Shown here: positions 11,254 through 20,235 of the stretch, in pieces
How the letters are laid out: each line of letters opens with the position of its first letter
Position numbering within the stretch: position 1 is the stretch's first letter
Source: Clostridia bacterium
GTDB taxonomy: Bacteria; Bacillota; Clostridia; Christensenellales; UBA1242
DNA length: 49,254 bases
Assembly: GCA_017452165.1 (NCBI GenBank)
Contig: JAFTMY010000037.1
Location: forward strand, 1 to 49,254
Reading direction: 5' to 3'
Made by a program: the position numbers and the translations under genes
The notes under the pieces: generated by a model
The model's database searches: none
What the model saw: the letters and a program-made list of their open reading frames with translations, nothing else
What the model was told of the DNA's origin: nothing

Positions 11254-13182
11254 ATGTATTTATCAAATTCTTTAGATGAGCAATATAGAAATAAATCTTT
11301 TATCGTTGTTGATGAAGAAGAGTTTACTGATGAAGATGTTGCTAATATAAAAAGTCAAATAGAAGATATGTCTGATGCAAGAATTGTTATGGAAAGACAT
11401 ATTGCTTTAAAAAGCCCTGAAATGTTTAAAAAACTTTGCAAGGCTTTTCCTGGTGTTGATTTTTTTATTAAAGTGGATGATATTGAGTATGATGTAAACT
11501 TTATGGAAAGTCAGGTTTTTGATAGAGAAGAGATGAATAAGTTGTTTGAAAATAATGGCATTATCACTGAAAATGGCTCAAATCTTTATCTTCTTGGTTA
11601 TACTTATGGAGATGACCCTCGTGGTAGAGAAAATAGGATTCCTTTTTCTAAAGTTATTCAAGCAAACGCAAGAATGAATAACTGGGTTGAAAAGATAAAA
11701 AAGGCAAAAGTTGATGGTAAGTCGCTTACTCCTTTTGAAAAATATTTATATGCTTATCAAATTGTTACTCAATTTAAGTATACTGAAGACCAAATCTTTG
11801 AAGCAAGAGATATTTCAAGAGTATTATCTAGTAAATTCATTGTTTGTGCAGGATATTCATCTATTTTGTCTGAACTTTGTAGAAGAGTAGGAATTGTATG
11901 TAAAAGACAATATATTAAAGCGCATAATACTGGTAATAAACATCTAGATGAATGTTCAGTAAATCACGAAGGTTGTATTTTCTACTTAAAAGATAAAAAA
12001 TATGGTATTGATGGATTTTTCTATACAGACCCAACACTTGATTCTTATGATTCAAGCATTGAAGAGGATACATCAATCACATTTTCTTGTATTGACCCAG
12101 TTGAATATGAAGAACTCTATGATAATGAAGAACATATGGTTATTGATGAAGATTCAGACTTCTCAAACTTCTATTTTCTTAGAGATGCAAAGGCTATTCC
12201 TTATGAAAAAACTTTTGCAGAGAGTGAAACAATGTTAGATGATATTTCTAACGCACTCAAAAATGGTTATTTTGATAATAGTTTCTCATCATTTATGACT
12301 GATAATATCTATTATTTGCCAGACCCTAACGAAAATTGGGAAGGATTTAATTCAGGTAAAGATGTCTTTGATAAAATTTATATCAATGATAAGTCTTATA
12401 CAGTTGATGAAATTTCTAGTGATAAGGAACTAATGACAAGACTTGCACTAAAATTTTACTCAATTTCAGCGTTCCCTCAAGATGAGAATTATCATTGTTT
12501 AGAGGCGTTTTATAATCATAGTTTAAGCAAGTTTATACATAAGAATCATATTAGTTTAAGTGAAGAATCAAAAGAAAGTGTAATTAATACTATTGTGAAT
12601 ACTGCTAAAACTAATGAAGGTATTGTTAATGATGCACAGGTTCTTCTTTCTCTTGCTGATTATAATGACTTTTTGACGATTTTTAAGTGTGGAACTCGTG
12701 AAAAATTCAATGAAATAATGCATAATCCTAATAAAAAGTCACCATCTATTGATGATTATAAAAAGGCAATGGTAAATGTATATCGTGCAAATGGTCATAG
12801 TAAAGAAGAGGCTGTAAGCAAGGCTAATTTTATGGTAGGTTCATCAATTTGGGTTGCTGATTCTTATGGTTGGGGAGAAAAACAAGTAGGTAATACCTTT
12901 GCTAGTGAAGCGAAGAGAACAAAACCTATTCAAACTATTAGAAGAAAAGAAATTGAGGATTTCCTAAAAAATATAAATAAAGAAGATATTACTGTTGATT
13001 TAATTATTAAATTAATTGAAACCGAAGATATTAGTGAACTTGAAAATATAGGTCTTCCTTCAAGCATTTATGAAAAAGAAGAACCAGCAGATATTAATGA
13101 TAAAGATATGTCTAAGAAGAGGGCTAAATTTAATAGTTCAAAAGGTGCTTATTTAGAGAATACAGAAGATTTTTTGGCATAA
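11254..13182 (+). CDS. Transglutaminase-like (Cys-His-Asp) domain protein without signal peptide
   Basis: LTPFEKYLYAY, IVC198AGYSSILSELCRRVGI, NH238, YTD259PTLD. Confidence 0.75.
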   Translation: MYLSNSLDEQYRNKSFIVVDEEEFTDEDVANIKSQIEDMSDARIVMERHIALKSPEMFKKLCKAFPGVDFFIKVDDIEYDVNFMESQVFDREEMNKLFENNGIITENGSNLYLLGYTYGDDPRGRENRIPFSKVIQANARMNNWVEKIKKAKVDGKSLTPFEKYLYAYQIVTQFKYTEDQIFEARDISRVLSSKFIVCAGYSSILSELCRRVGIVCKRQYIKAHNTGNKHLDECSVNHEGCIFYLKDKKYGIDGFFYTDPTLDSYDSSIEEDTSITFSCIDPVEYEELYDNEEHMVIDEDSDFSNFYFLRDAKAIPYEKTFAESETMLDDISNALKNGYFDNSFSSFMTDNIYYLPDPNENWEGFNSGKDVFDKIYINDKSYTVDEISSDKELMTRLALKFYSISAFPQDENYHCLEAFYNHSLSKFIHKNHISLSEESKESVINTIVNTAKTNEGIVNDAQVLLSLADYNDFLTIFKCGTREKFNEIMHNPNKKSPSIDDYKKAMVNVYRANGHSKEEAVSKANFMVGSSIWVADSYGWGEKQVGNTFASEAKRTKPIQTIRRKEIEDFLKNINKEDITVDLIIKLIETEDISELENIGLPSSIYEKEEPADINDKDMSKKRAKFNSSKGAYLENTEDFLA

Positions 13183-13235
13183 AAAATGAAAATTTATTAA
13201 ATAATAAATAAATTAAATAATAAAGGGGGTCTTAT

Positions 13236-13922
13236 ATGAACGAAGTTCAAAATATGTTGCAAAGATCAGGCATTTATGTCGATATTACAAAGATTATAAC
13301 TGCCTATGATAAGTCTTTGGAAGTTGAAAAAGATGATATTTTTTGCGTGCAAGACCCATCTTCTAAAGAAGATAAAAAATTTAGTGTAACAAAATATATG
13401 GAGGCGAGAAAACTCTATGATTCAGGTGAACTTCAATCTGAAATTAGAGAACTTGCTAAAAAGATTAGTCAGCATAGATATATTATCTCTAAAAATCGTG
13501 AAAAAGATAGAGAAAGCCTTGAGTTTTTAAGGTCTAAAAGTGAAAAAATTAGAAGTTGCATTTGCTATATTGATACAAAAAAGGAATGGAATAATATTAT
13601 TAGTGATAGTTATCCTAATAGAAATACAGGTTCTTATCTTCATAGCCTTAATCATTTTGTCGATATTTATAAAAATTTAGCAGATACTATGGAAAAAACT
13701 TGTCAAAGACATTTAGGTGATAAACATTTTGCTGAAAAACTAAATGATATGCTTGAAGCAGATATGAAAAAAACCGACGTTACTGCTGACCAAGGTAGGG
13801 AAGATTATCAATTTGCACTTAAAACTAGAAGTAAGTTTGTTGGTGTGCTTCAAAAATATCAAGATAGATATCTTGAAAATTCAAACGACCTTTCATCAGA
13901 ACAAAGTTCTAAATGGTTGTAA
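13236..13922 (+). CDS. Hypothetical helical protein
   Basis: 228-aa ORF, SD AAGGGGG, no motif recognised. Confidence 0.75.
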   Translation: MNEVQNMLQRSGIYVDITKIITAYDKSLEVEKDDIFCVQDPSSKEDKKFSVTKYMEARKLYDSGELQSEIRELAKKISQHRYIISKNREKDRESLEFLRSKSEKIRSCICYIDTKKEWNNIISDSYPNRNTGSYLHSLNHFVDIYKNLADTMEKTCQRHLGDKHFAEKLNDMLEADMKKTDVTADQGREDYQFALKTRSKFVGVLQKYQDRYLENSNDLSSEQSSKWL

Positions 13923-13935
13923 AAATCAAATAAAT

Positions 13936-13974
13936 AAAAAAAACTATTGCAAATTAGAGCAATAGTTTTTTTTT
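13936..13974. terminator. Bidirectional intrinsic terminator
   Basis: A8-CTATTGC-loop-GCAATAG-T9. Confidence 0.85.
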
Positions 13975-14001
13975 ATTTATTTAATATAGTTAACAAATTT
14001 A

Positions 14002-15384
14002 TTAAAACATAATCTTTTCTTCAACATATTTGATGAGTTCATCAACTGTCATTCTAACTTGTTCCATTGTATCACGGTCACGAACAGTAAATGTCTCATT
14101 TTCAAGTGTTTCAAAGTCTATTGTAATAGAGTATGGTGTTCCGATTTGGTCTTGTCTACGATATCTCTTACCAATTGAACCTGATTCATCATATGTGCAC
14201 ATAAATCTTTTAGAAAGTTTTTTGTAGATTTCTCTTGCTTTTTCACCTAAATTCTTTTGAAGTGGTAAAACAGCAACTTTGTATGGAGCGATTGCTGGGT
14301 GGAAGTGGTAAACAATTCTTGTATCACCACCTTCAAGTGTTTCTTCATCATAGAATTCGCAAAGAACTGCAAGAGTAAGTCTGTCAGCACCGATTGAGTA
14401 TTCTACATCATGTGGAATATATTTTTCGTTTGTCATTGGGTCGATATAGAAGAGGTTTTTACCTGAATATTCTTGGTGTTGAGCAAGGTCATAATCAGTT
14501 CTATAATGAATACCATTAAGTTCGTTCCAACCAAATGGATATTTAAAGATAATATCACAAGCAGCCTTAGCATAAAAGGCGAGTTTTTCGTGGTCTTTGT
14601 AGTTTAAGTGTTCTTTGTTGAATCCAAGGTCAAGAAGGAAATCCATTGCTTCTTTTTTGTATTCTTCATAATATTTGAAGCCTTGTTCTTCATTTTTACA
14701 GAACCATTGATGTTCCATTTGTTCAAATTCGATTGTTCTAAATGTGAAGTTTCCTGGTGTGATTTCATTTCTAAATGCTTTACCAATTTGACCAATTCCG
14801 AAAGGAACTTTTGCTCTTGCTGTTCTTTGAACATTGAAAAAGTTTACAAATTCACCTTGAGCAGTTTCTGGTCTAAGATAAATAACATCATTTGAATCTC
14901 CTGTAATATCACGGCTTGTTTGGAACATTAAGTGGAATTGACGAATTGGTGTCCAGTTGAAATTTCCACAGATAGGGCATTTTACTTTATGTTCGTTAAT
15001 GTATGCTTCCATTTCTTCATTTGTCATAGCATCAACATCAGTTTCGCCCTTAGAGTATGCTTCAATTAAGTTATCGGCTCTCATTCTTGCTTTACATGAT
15101 TTACAATCCATCTTTGGGTCGGTAAATGATGCAACGTGTCCAGATGCTTCCCAAACTTTAGGATTCATCATAATAGCAGCATCTACACCATAACTGTTTT
15201 CAGATTCTTGAATAAATCTCTTCCACCAAACTTTTTTAATGTTGTTTTTAAGTTCAACACCTACTGGACCATAATCCCAAGTGTTAGCAAGTCCATCATA
15301 GATGTCAGAGCCAGGGTAAACAATACCTGTTGTTTTACAATGAGTAACAAGTTTTTCCATTGTAAGTTTGTTTTTTTCTTCCAT
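14002..15384 (-). CDS. glyQS: Glycine--tRNA ligase (alpha2 type)
   Basis: WDYGPVG, YLRPETAQG, GQIGKAFRNEITPGNF, EFEQME, SIGKRYRRQD.IGTP. Confidence 0.97.
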   Translation of the reverse strand: MEEKNKLTMEKLVTHCKTTGIVYPGSDIYDGLANTWDYGPVGVELKNNIKKVWWKRFIQESENSYGVDAAIMMNPKVWEASGHVASFTDPKMDCKSCKARMRADNLIEAYSKGETDVDAMTNEEMEAYINEHKVKCPICGNFNWTPIRQFHLMFQTSRDITGDSNDVIYLRPETAQGEFVNFFNVQRTARAKVPFGIGQIGKAFRNEITPGNFTFRTIEFEQMEHQWFCKNEEQGFKYYEEYKKEAMDFLLDLGFNKEHLNYKDHEKLAFYAKAACDIIFKYPFGWNELNGIHYRTDYDLAQHQEYSGKNLFYIDPMTNEKYIPHDVEYSIGADRLTLAVLCEFYDEETLEGGDTRIVYHFHPAIAPYKVAVLPLQKNLGEKAREIYKKLSKRFMCTYDESGSIGKRYRRQDQIGTPYSITIDFETLENETFTVRDRDTMEQVRMTVDELIKYVEEKIMF

Positions 15385-15423
15385 AAATATTCTCCTAAAA
15401 ATTTATTTTGTTTTTTAGCCAAA

Positions 15424-15652
15424 ACAAAAGGCCTAATCTTGCCGTTAGTAAAAAATAATAATGTAAAAAATTATTAAATTTACTAAGGGACGAGAGATTA
15501 GACCCGTGGTTCCACCCTTATTAGCAGAAAAATCTGCTCACTTCATTAAATTGCTCCAAAGTGCCTTCATAATTACTGCTTTATTTCTTTTCACCAACCA
15601 GAAACTCTCTAAAAAGCGACATAACTACTACTTTTCTTTTTCAACGCAAATA
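15424..15652 (-). ncRNA. Glycine T-box riboswitch
   Basis: Minus strand: AGAGA box, GGTGA box, specifier GAA-GGC-A (GGC at 15563-15565), no stem II, stem III AGCAGA/TCTGCT, T-box AAGGGTGGAACCACGG pairing with CGTCCCTT, then terminator and T tract. Confidence 0.92.
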
Positions 15653-15660
15653 CATAAAGT

Positions 15661-15689
15661 ATTATAATAAATTATAAAAAAATTGTCAA
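15661..15689 (-). promoter_or_regulatory. Perfect SigA promoter of the T-box/glyQS transcript
   Basis: TTGACA-17 bp-TATAAT on minus strand. Confidence 0.85.
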
Positions 15690-15702
15690 TTCATTTATAA
15701 AA

Positions 15703-16287
15703 TTAATTGCTACTAAATTTATCATGGTTAACTAATTTTTCAAAATTAGTTTCAATTTGACTATTTTTATTATTGAAAATAGAACTATTAACCATAGATG
15801 TTATAAGTCTTGCCATTTCATCAGGAGATTCTTTTGCTCCTTCTTTAAGCCAGGTAATAATAACAGAGCCAAGTGCTGAAAAGTAGAAAATAGGTATATA
15901 TTTTGAAGTTTTTTTCATATAGTCATTTGGTGTATTTTCTTGAAGTTTTTTAGATATTTCTAATGCGATTATATCTGATATAGAACTTGATTCAATTGAA
16001 TGAATTAAGTCTTTATAGTTAATAAATCCATTAAAGAATTCTTTAATAATTGTATATTCATTACAAACATCAAGTTTTTCGATATTATTTTTTATGTTTA
16101 AAATTATTTTGCCAAAGCCTTTTAATGTTAAATCTTCCTTTGAACTAAAACTTCTATAAAAAGACATTCTTGAAACACCTGCTTTTGTGCAGATTTCACA
16201 AACGGAAATTTTATCATAATGTTTTTTAGAAAGTATTTGCATATATGCTTGATAAATATATTCTTGTATTAAATTTTGGTCTTTCAT
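15703..16287 (-). CDS. TetR/AcrR family transcriptional regulator
   Basis: HTH ISVCEICTKAGVSRMSFYRSFSSKEDL; C-terminal WLKEGAKESPDEMA. Confidence 0.93.
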   Translation of the reverse strand: MKDQNLIQEYIYQAYMQILSKKHYDKISVCEICTKAGVSRMSFYRSFSSKEDLTLKGFGKIILNIKNNIEKLDVCNEYTIIKEFFNGFINYKDLIHSIESSSISDIIALEISKKLQENTPNDYMKKTSKYIPIFYFSALGSVIITWLKEGAKESPDEMARLITSMVNSSIFNNKNSQIETNFEKLVNHDKFSSN

Positions 16288-16373
16288 AAATAAGGCTCCT
16301 TTTGATACTATAATATAATAAACGATTTATTGTATCATTTTATTTGTATATTTTAATATTTTATTAAAAAAAT

Positions 16374-16555
16374 TGTAACATACATAATATTTTGCTATAA
16401 ATATTAAATTTTCAAGGTTTACATAGTGTTTATTGTTACAATTTTAAAAAAGTTGTAACATAATTTGTAACATTAAATTAGGAGTTAGTGTAACAAAAAT
16501 TATTATAAAATTTTATAACATCTTTGTTAATTATATATAAAATTAATTTGTTACA
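16374..16555. repeat. Array of six TGTWACA boxes, putative operators
   Basis: Exact copies at 16374, 16434, 16454, 16466, 16489, 16549. Confidence 0.7.
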
Positions 16556-16629
16556 AAAAATGCTGTAAAAGTCTTTATAAATTTTTATTTATAAAGTATA
16601 ATAGAAATATTAATTTTATGGGAGATATT

Positions 16630-17637
16630 ATGATTGAACTTAAAAATATAAAAAAATACTATAAAATGGGTGATGATATTGTCAAAGCACTTGATGATAT
16701 ATCTTTAACTATTAATGATGGTGAGTTTGTTTCAATCATAGGTCCTTCAGGTTCAGGAAAATCAACACTGATGAATATTATGGGTTGTTTAGATAAAGTT
16801 ACAGAAGGTGAATACTTTGTCGATGGCACTGAGATTTCAAAATTTTCAGAAAAACAACTTGCTTTTCTTCGTAATAAAAAAATGGGCTTTATTTTTCAAG
16901 GTTTTAATCTTCTCCAAAATTTAAATGCTTATGAAAATGTTGAACTTCCACTTATTTATCAAGGAATTTCTAATCAAGAGAGAAAAAAGATAGTTTTGGA
17001 ATCGTTAAATGCTGTTGGTATGAGCGATAGAATAAAACATAAACCTAATGAACTTTCAGGTGGTCAACAACAACGTGTTGCTATTGCTAGAGCGCTTGCA
17101 ACTAAACCTATGTGTATTTTAGCAGATGAACCAACAGGTAATCTTGATTCAAAAACAGGCGAAGAAATTATTAAAATTTTAAAACAATTAAATTATAAAG
17201 GAACTACTGTTGTGGTAATTACTCATAATGAAGAAATTACTAAATATTCAAATAGAATTATTAGAATTTATGATGGTAAAATTGAATCTGATGAATTGAA
17301 TCAAAATTCTGTGGAAATAGAAATAAAAGAAGATATTTTTTCTAGTGATTTAGAAGAAAATAAAAGTGAAAATTTTGCGAACAATGAAAATGAGTTTGAA
17401 AAAATTAATGAAAGTATAAATAATGAAAATCTCTCAGAAGAATTATTAAAAATTGATAATAATGGTGATGACTTAAAAACAGATATAATTTCAGTTGATA
17501 ATGAGTTTAAATCAAGTGATTTACTTGGTTTAGATAAATCTAAAAACGTTGATATTAATGATAATTTGCACATTGTAAAAGGTAATAAAATTTTGATTAA
17601 ATCAAAAAAATCCCAACAAAGTAAGGAGGAGAAATAG
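16630..17637 (+). CDS. MacB/LolD-type ABC transporter ATP-binding protein with acidic C-terminal extension
   Basis: [47 protein letters not shown]; ATG 16630 after GGAG. Confidence 0.93.
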   Translation: MIELKNIKKYYKMGDDIVKALDDISLTINDGEFVSIIGPSGSGKSTLMNIMGCLDKVTEGEYFVDGTEISKFSEKQLAFLRNKKMGFIFQGFNLLQNLNAYENVELPLIYQGISNQERKKIVLESLNAVGMSDRIKHKPNELSGGQQQRVAIARALATKPMCILADEPTGNLDSKTGEEIIKILKQLNYKGTTVVVITHNEEITKYSNRIIRIYDGKIESDELNQNSVEIEIKEDIFSSDLEENKSENFANNENEFEKINESINNENLSEELLKIDNNGDDLKTDIISVDNEFKSSDLLGLDKSKNVDINDNLHIVKGNKILIKSKKSQQSKEEK

Positions 17638-17639
17638 TT

Positions 17640-19442
17640 ATGCATTTTATGCAATCTATTAAAATGGCTTGTAAATCACTTTGGACTAATAAAATTAGAA
17701 GTTTTTTAACAATGCTAGGCATCATAATTGGCGTATTTTCAATTTCTTTGCTTATTACCGTAACTCAAAGTTTTTCAAATGTAATTATTTCATCTATTAG
17801 GACAAAAAGTACACTTTCTATTATGCTTAATATTTCAGATAAACTTACAAATAAAAATGCTAATAATATTATTTCTAATGTTCAACCTAAAGATAAAAAT
17901 GTAAATGATTATTTTGATTATACCTTAATTTCTGCTACAACTTCTCTTGTTGCAAATGATTCTTTAGAGTGCTTTGATGGTGATATGATTGCAGATTTTT
18001 TAACTGCTGATAGAATTTATACAATGGAAGATTTTGAAAATTATGATTCTATGACACCTGAAGAGCAGGCGATAGTTAAACTTTTACTTATGAAAAAGAA
18101 GGGTTCATTAAAGGCTAATGTTTATGATATTGATGAAAAATTTAGAGATATTTACGATTTTAAATATCAAGGTGACTATTTAAGTGGTTCAAATGATATT
18201 TTAGTTGATAGAATTTTTATTGATACTTATTTTGGAACAAATGTTTCAAATGAAGAAGCAGTTGGTAGAGTGATTACTCTTGGTGTAACAAATTATACAA
18301 ATATAAAATTAATATATAAAGAACCTTTAAAAGAATTTAAAATCAATTCAATAATGAGTATGATTACTAAAGAATACGAAGTTGAAACAGGTAAAGATTT
18401 AGATGGTAATCCTATTAAAAATAAAGTAAGTTTAAGTATTTTAAATAACGAAGATGGAACAAATTATACTTATACAGAAGTTCAAAATGAAGATGGCTCA
18501 AAATCTTATGAATTATCTATAAATGTTGATATTATAAAGTATTTTACAAATGATGATTTAAAAGAGTTGTTTAATGAAAAATCAAAAGAACCACAATATG
18601 CTCATTTATTTAAAGATTCTGAAATGTTTTTAAAAGATATTTATGAAAAAGATGATACAAAAGAATTTAAGATTGTAGGAGTTGTTGATGATTCTAATAA
18701 TAGTCTTATAACAGATGTGTTTAAGGTTCAAGAACTAGATAAAAAAGAGGGTAGTTCAAGTGAAGAAAAAGAATCTGTGGTAAACACTTTTATGAAAAAT
18801 ATGAATTCTTCGAGGGGAAATTGTTATTTGCTTCTTGATGATTCAAATGCTAAGTGTCTTTATCAAGATAAAGAACTTACTAAAGATAAAACTATTGTTT
18901 CTCTTGCTTATTTTAAGTATAAAAGTGAAGATGTTATGGCTTCTAGCACAGCAAACTTAATTGTTTCTTTTGTAACTTCTGGTTATGGGTTTATGTCTGA
19001 GTTTGTTTTAGTTTCATTTAACACAGTGGCTAATATTGTTTCAAATATTATGGAAATTTTAACCGTTCTTTTATTGGTTATTTCTTTTGTTTCTCTTTTA
19101 GTTGGTGGAATTGGTATTATGAATATTATGCTTGTTTCAGTTTCAGAAAGAACTAAGGAAATTGGTATTAGAAAGGCAATAGGTGCTAGAAAATCAAATA
19201 TTTTAATTCAATTTTTGATTGAATCATTATTTATTTCATTGGTTGGTTGTGTTTTTGGTTTGATATTCTCAGGAATTGGAATTTTAATAATTTCAAGCAT
19301 TGTAGAGTTTACTCTTATTATGCCACTTTGGGTTATTTTAATGAGTGTAGGTTTTTGCTTGTTTATTGGTCTTGCTTTTGGAATGTTTCCAGCAATTAAG
19401 GCAAGTAATATGCAACCTATTGATGCTCTTAGAAGAGAATAG
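17640..19442 (+). CDS. MacB/FtsX-type ABC transporter permease
   Basis: RSFLTMLGIIIGV, GGIGIMNIMLVSVSERTKEIGIRKAIGA, PAIKASNMQPIDALR. Confidence 0.93.
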   Translation: MHFMQSIKMACKSLWTNKIRSFLTMLGIIIGVFSISLLITVTQSFSNVIISSIRTKSTLSIMLNISDKLTNKNANNIISNVQPKDKNVNDYFDYTLISATTSLVANDSLECFDGDMIADFLTADRIYTMEDFENYDSMTPEEQAIVKLLLMKKKGSLKANVYDIDEKFRDIYDFKYQGDYLSGSNDILVDRIFIDTYFGTNVSNEEAVGRVITLGVTNYTNIKLIYKEPLKEFKINSIMSMITKEYEVETGKDLDGNPIKNKVSLSILNNEDGTNYTYTEVQNEDGSKSYELSINVDIIKYFTNDDLKELFNEKSKEPQYAHLFKDSEMFLKDIYEKDDTKEFKIVGVVDDSNNSLITDVFKVQELDKKEGSSSEEKESVVNTFMKNMNSSRGNCYLLLDDSNAKCLYQDKELTKDKTIVSLAYFKYKSEDVMASSTANLIVSFVTSGYGFMSEFVLVSFNTVANIVSNIMEILTVLLLVISFVSLLVGGIGIMNIMLVSVSERTKEIGIRKAIGARKSNILIQFLIESLFISLVGCVFGLIFSGIGILIISSIVEFTLIMPLWVILMSVGFCLFIGLAFGMFPAIKASNMQPIDALRRE

Positions 19443-19453
19443 TTTGATGTATC

Positions 19454-19487
19454 GGAATAATAAAAAGTTGTTTTATTATTCCTTTTT
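19454..19487 (+). terminator. Intrinsic terminator
   Basis: GGAATAATAAAA...TTTTATTATTCC-TTTTT. Confidence 0.75.
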
Positions 19488-19532
19488 CATCTATTTTTAG
19501 ATAATATGTAAAAGTTTATAGGTGGTAAATTT

Positions 19533-20171
19533 ATGGAAGTTGTTGTTGAACTTGGAATTTTACTTGATGGTGATTTAGATTACTATCAGGATTTGCTTGA
19601 AAAAGCAGGTGCTGAAAATGAATTTAATTGTGAAACTCATGATAGATACTGGACTAATAAAACTTATGATGAACTCTCAAAAATGACTGAAAATCAAATA
19701 AAAATGTCTTGTATTAGAGTGCGTGATTGTAATGGGATTGGTGGAACAAAATTAAAACCTAAAAAAGGTGGTTTATTTAAAAAAGTTATCTATGATGTAG
19801 ATAATTTATTTTTGTATGACAACACAAGAAAAAAACGTGAAAAAATGGATAAAAAACAGTGGAAAGAATTGGTTTCAGTTATTGAAAATAATGGTTGGTA
19901 CGAAATTTTCGATACTTTTAAAACAGATTTTCAATATGTAATTGGAGATATGAAAAGTAGAATTCAACTTCAAGAAATTGACAATATTGGACTTGTTTTA
20001 TATTATGATAATCCAGATTATTATACGATGCCAGCAGACCTTCAATGGAAGTCTTTGGTAGATGAACTTAATTCTTATGGTTTTAATTTAAGACATGATG
20101 AGCAAGGAATTGATAAACTTAGAACATTGCTTCTAGGCTATGATTGTTATAGTTATAACCAAAATGGTTAA
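19533..20171 (+). CDS. Hypothetical protein, possibly degenerate CYTH fold
   Basis: Order of segments EVVVELG, HDRYW, CIRVR, KTDFQY, IQLQEIDNIGLVL resembles CYTH enzymes. Confidence 0.5.
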   Translation: MEVVVELGILLDGDLDYYQDLLEKAGAENEFNCETHDRYWTNKTYDELSKMTENQIKMSCIRVRDCNGIGGTKLKPKKGGLFKKVIYDVDNLFLYDNTRKKREKMDKKQWKELVSVIENNGWYEIFDTFKTDFQYVIGDMKSRIQLQEIDNIGLVLYYDNPDYYTMPADLQWKSLVDELNSYGFNLRHDEQGIDKLRTLLLGYDCYSYNQNG

Positions 20172-20235
20172 AATTTCTAAAATAATGTTAAAAATTATAT
20201 AAATATGATAAAATAGATATACTAGGAAAATTTTT

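Noticed and set aside
11254-13922. Mobile element or prophage origin for the orphan cassette
   Set aside because: No integrase, transposase, terminal repeats or target duplication visible.
16416-16443. Reverse-strand resemblance to Bacillus dif (…CTATGTAAACC)
   Set aside because: The conserved inner TTATG is broken and the other arm is weak.
16374-16555. TGTWACA array read as CRISPR, parS or WalR sites
   Set aside because: Units are only 7 bp with irregular spacing and no cas genes; no full 16-bp parS palindrome; the direct pair has N6 rather than the N5 WalR spacing.
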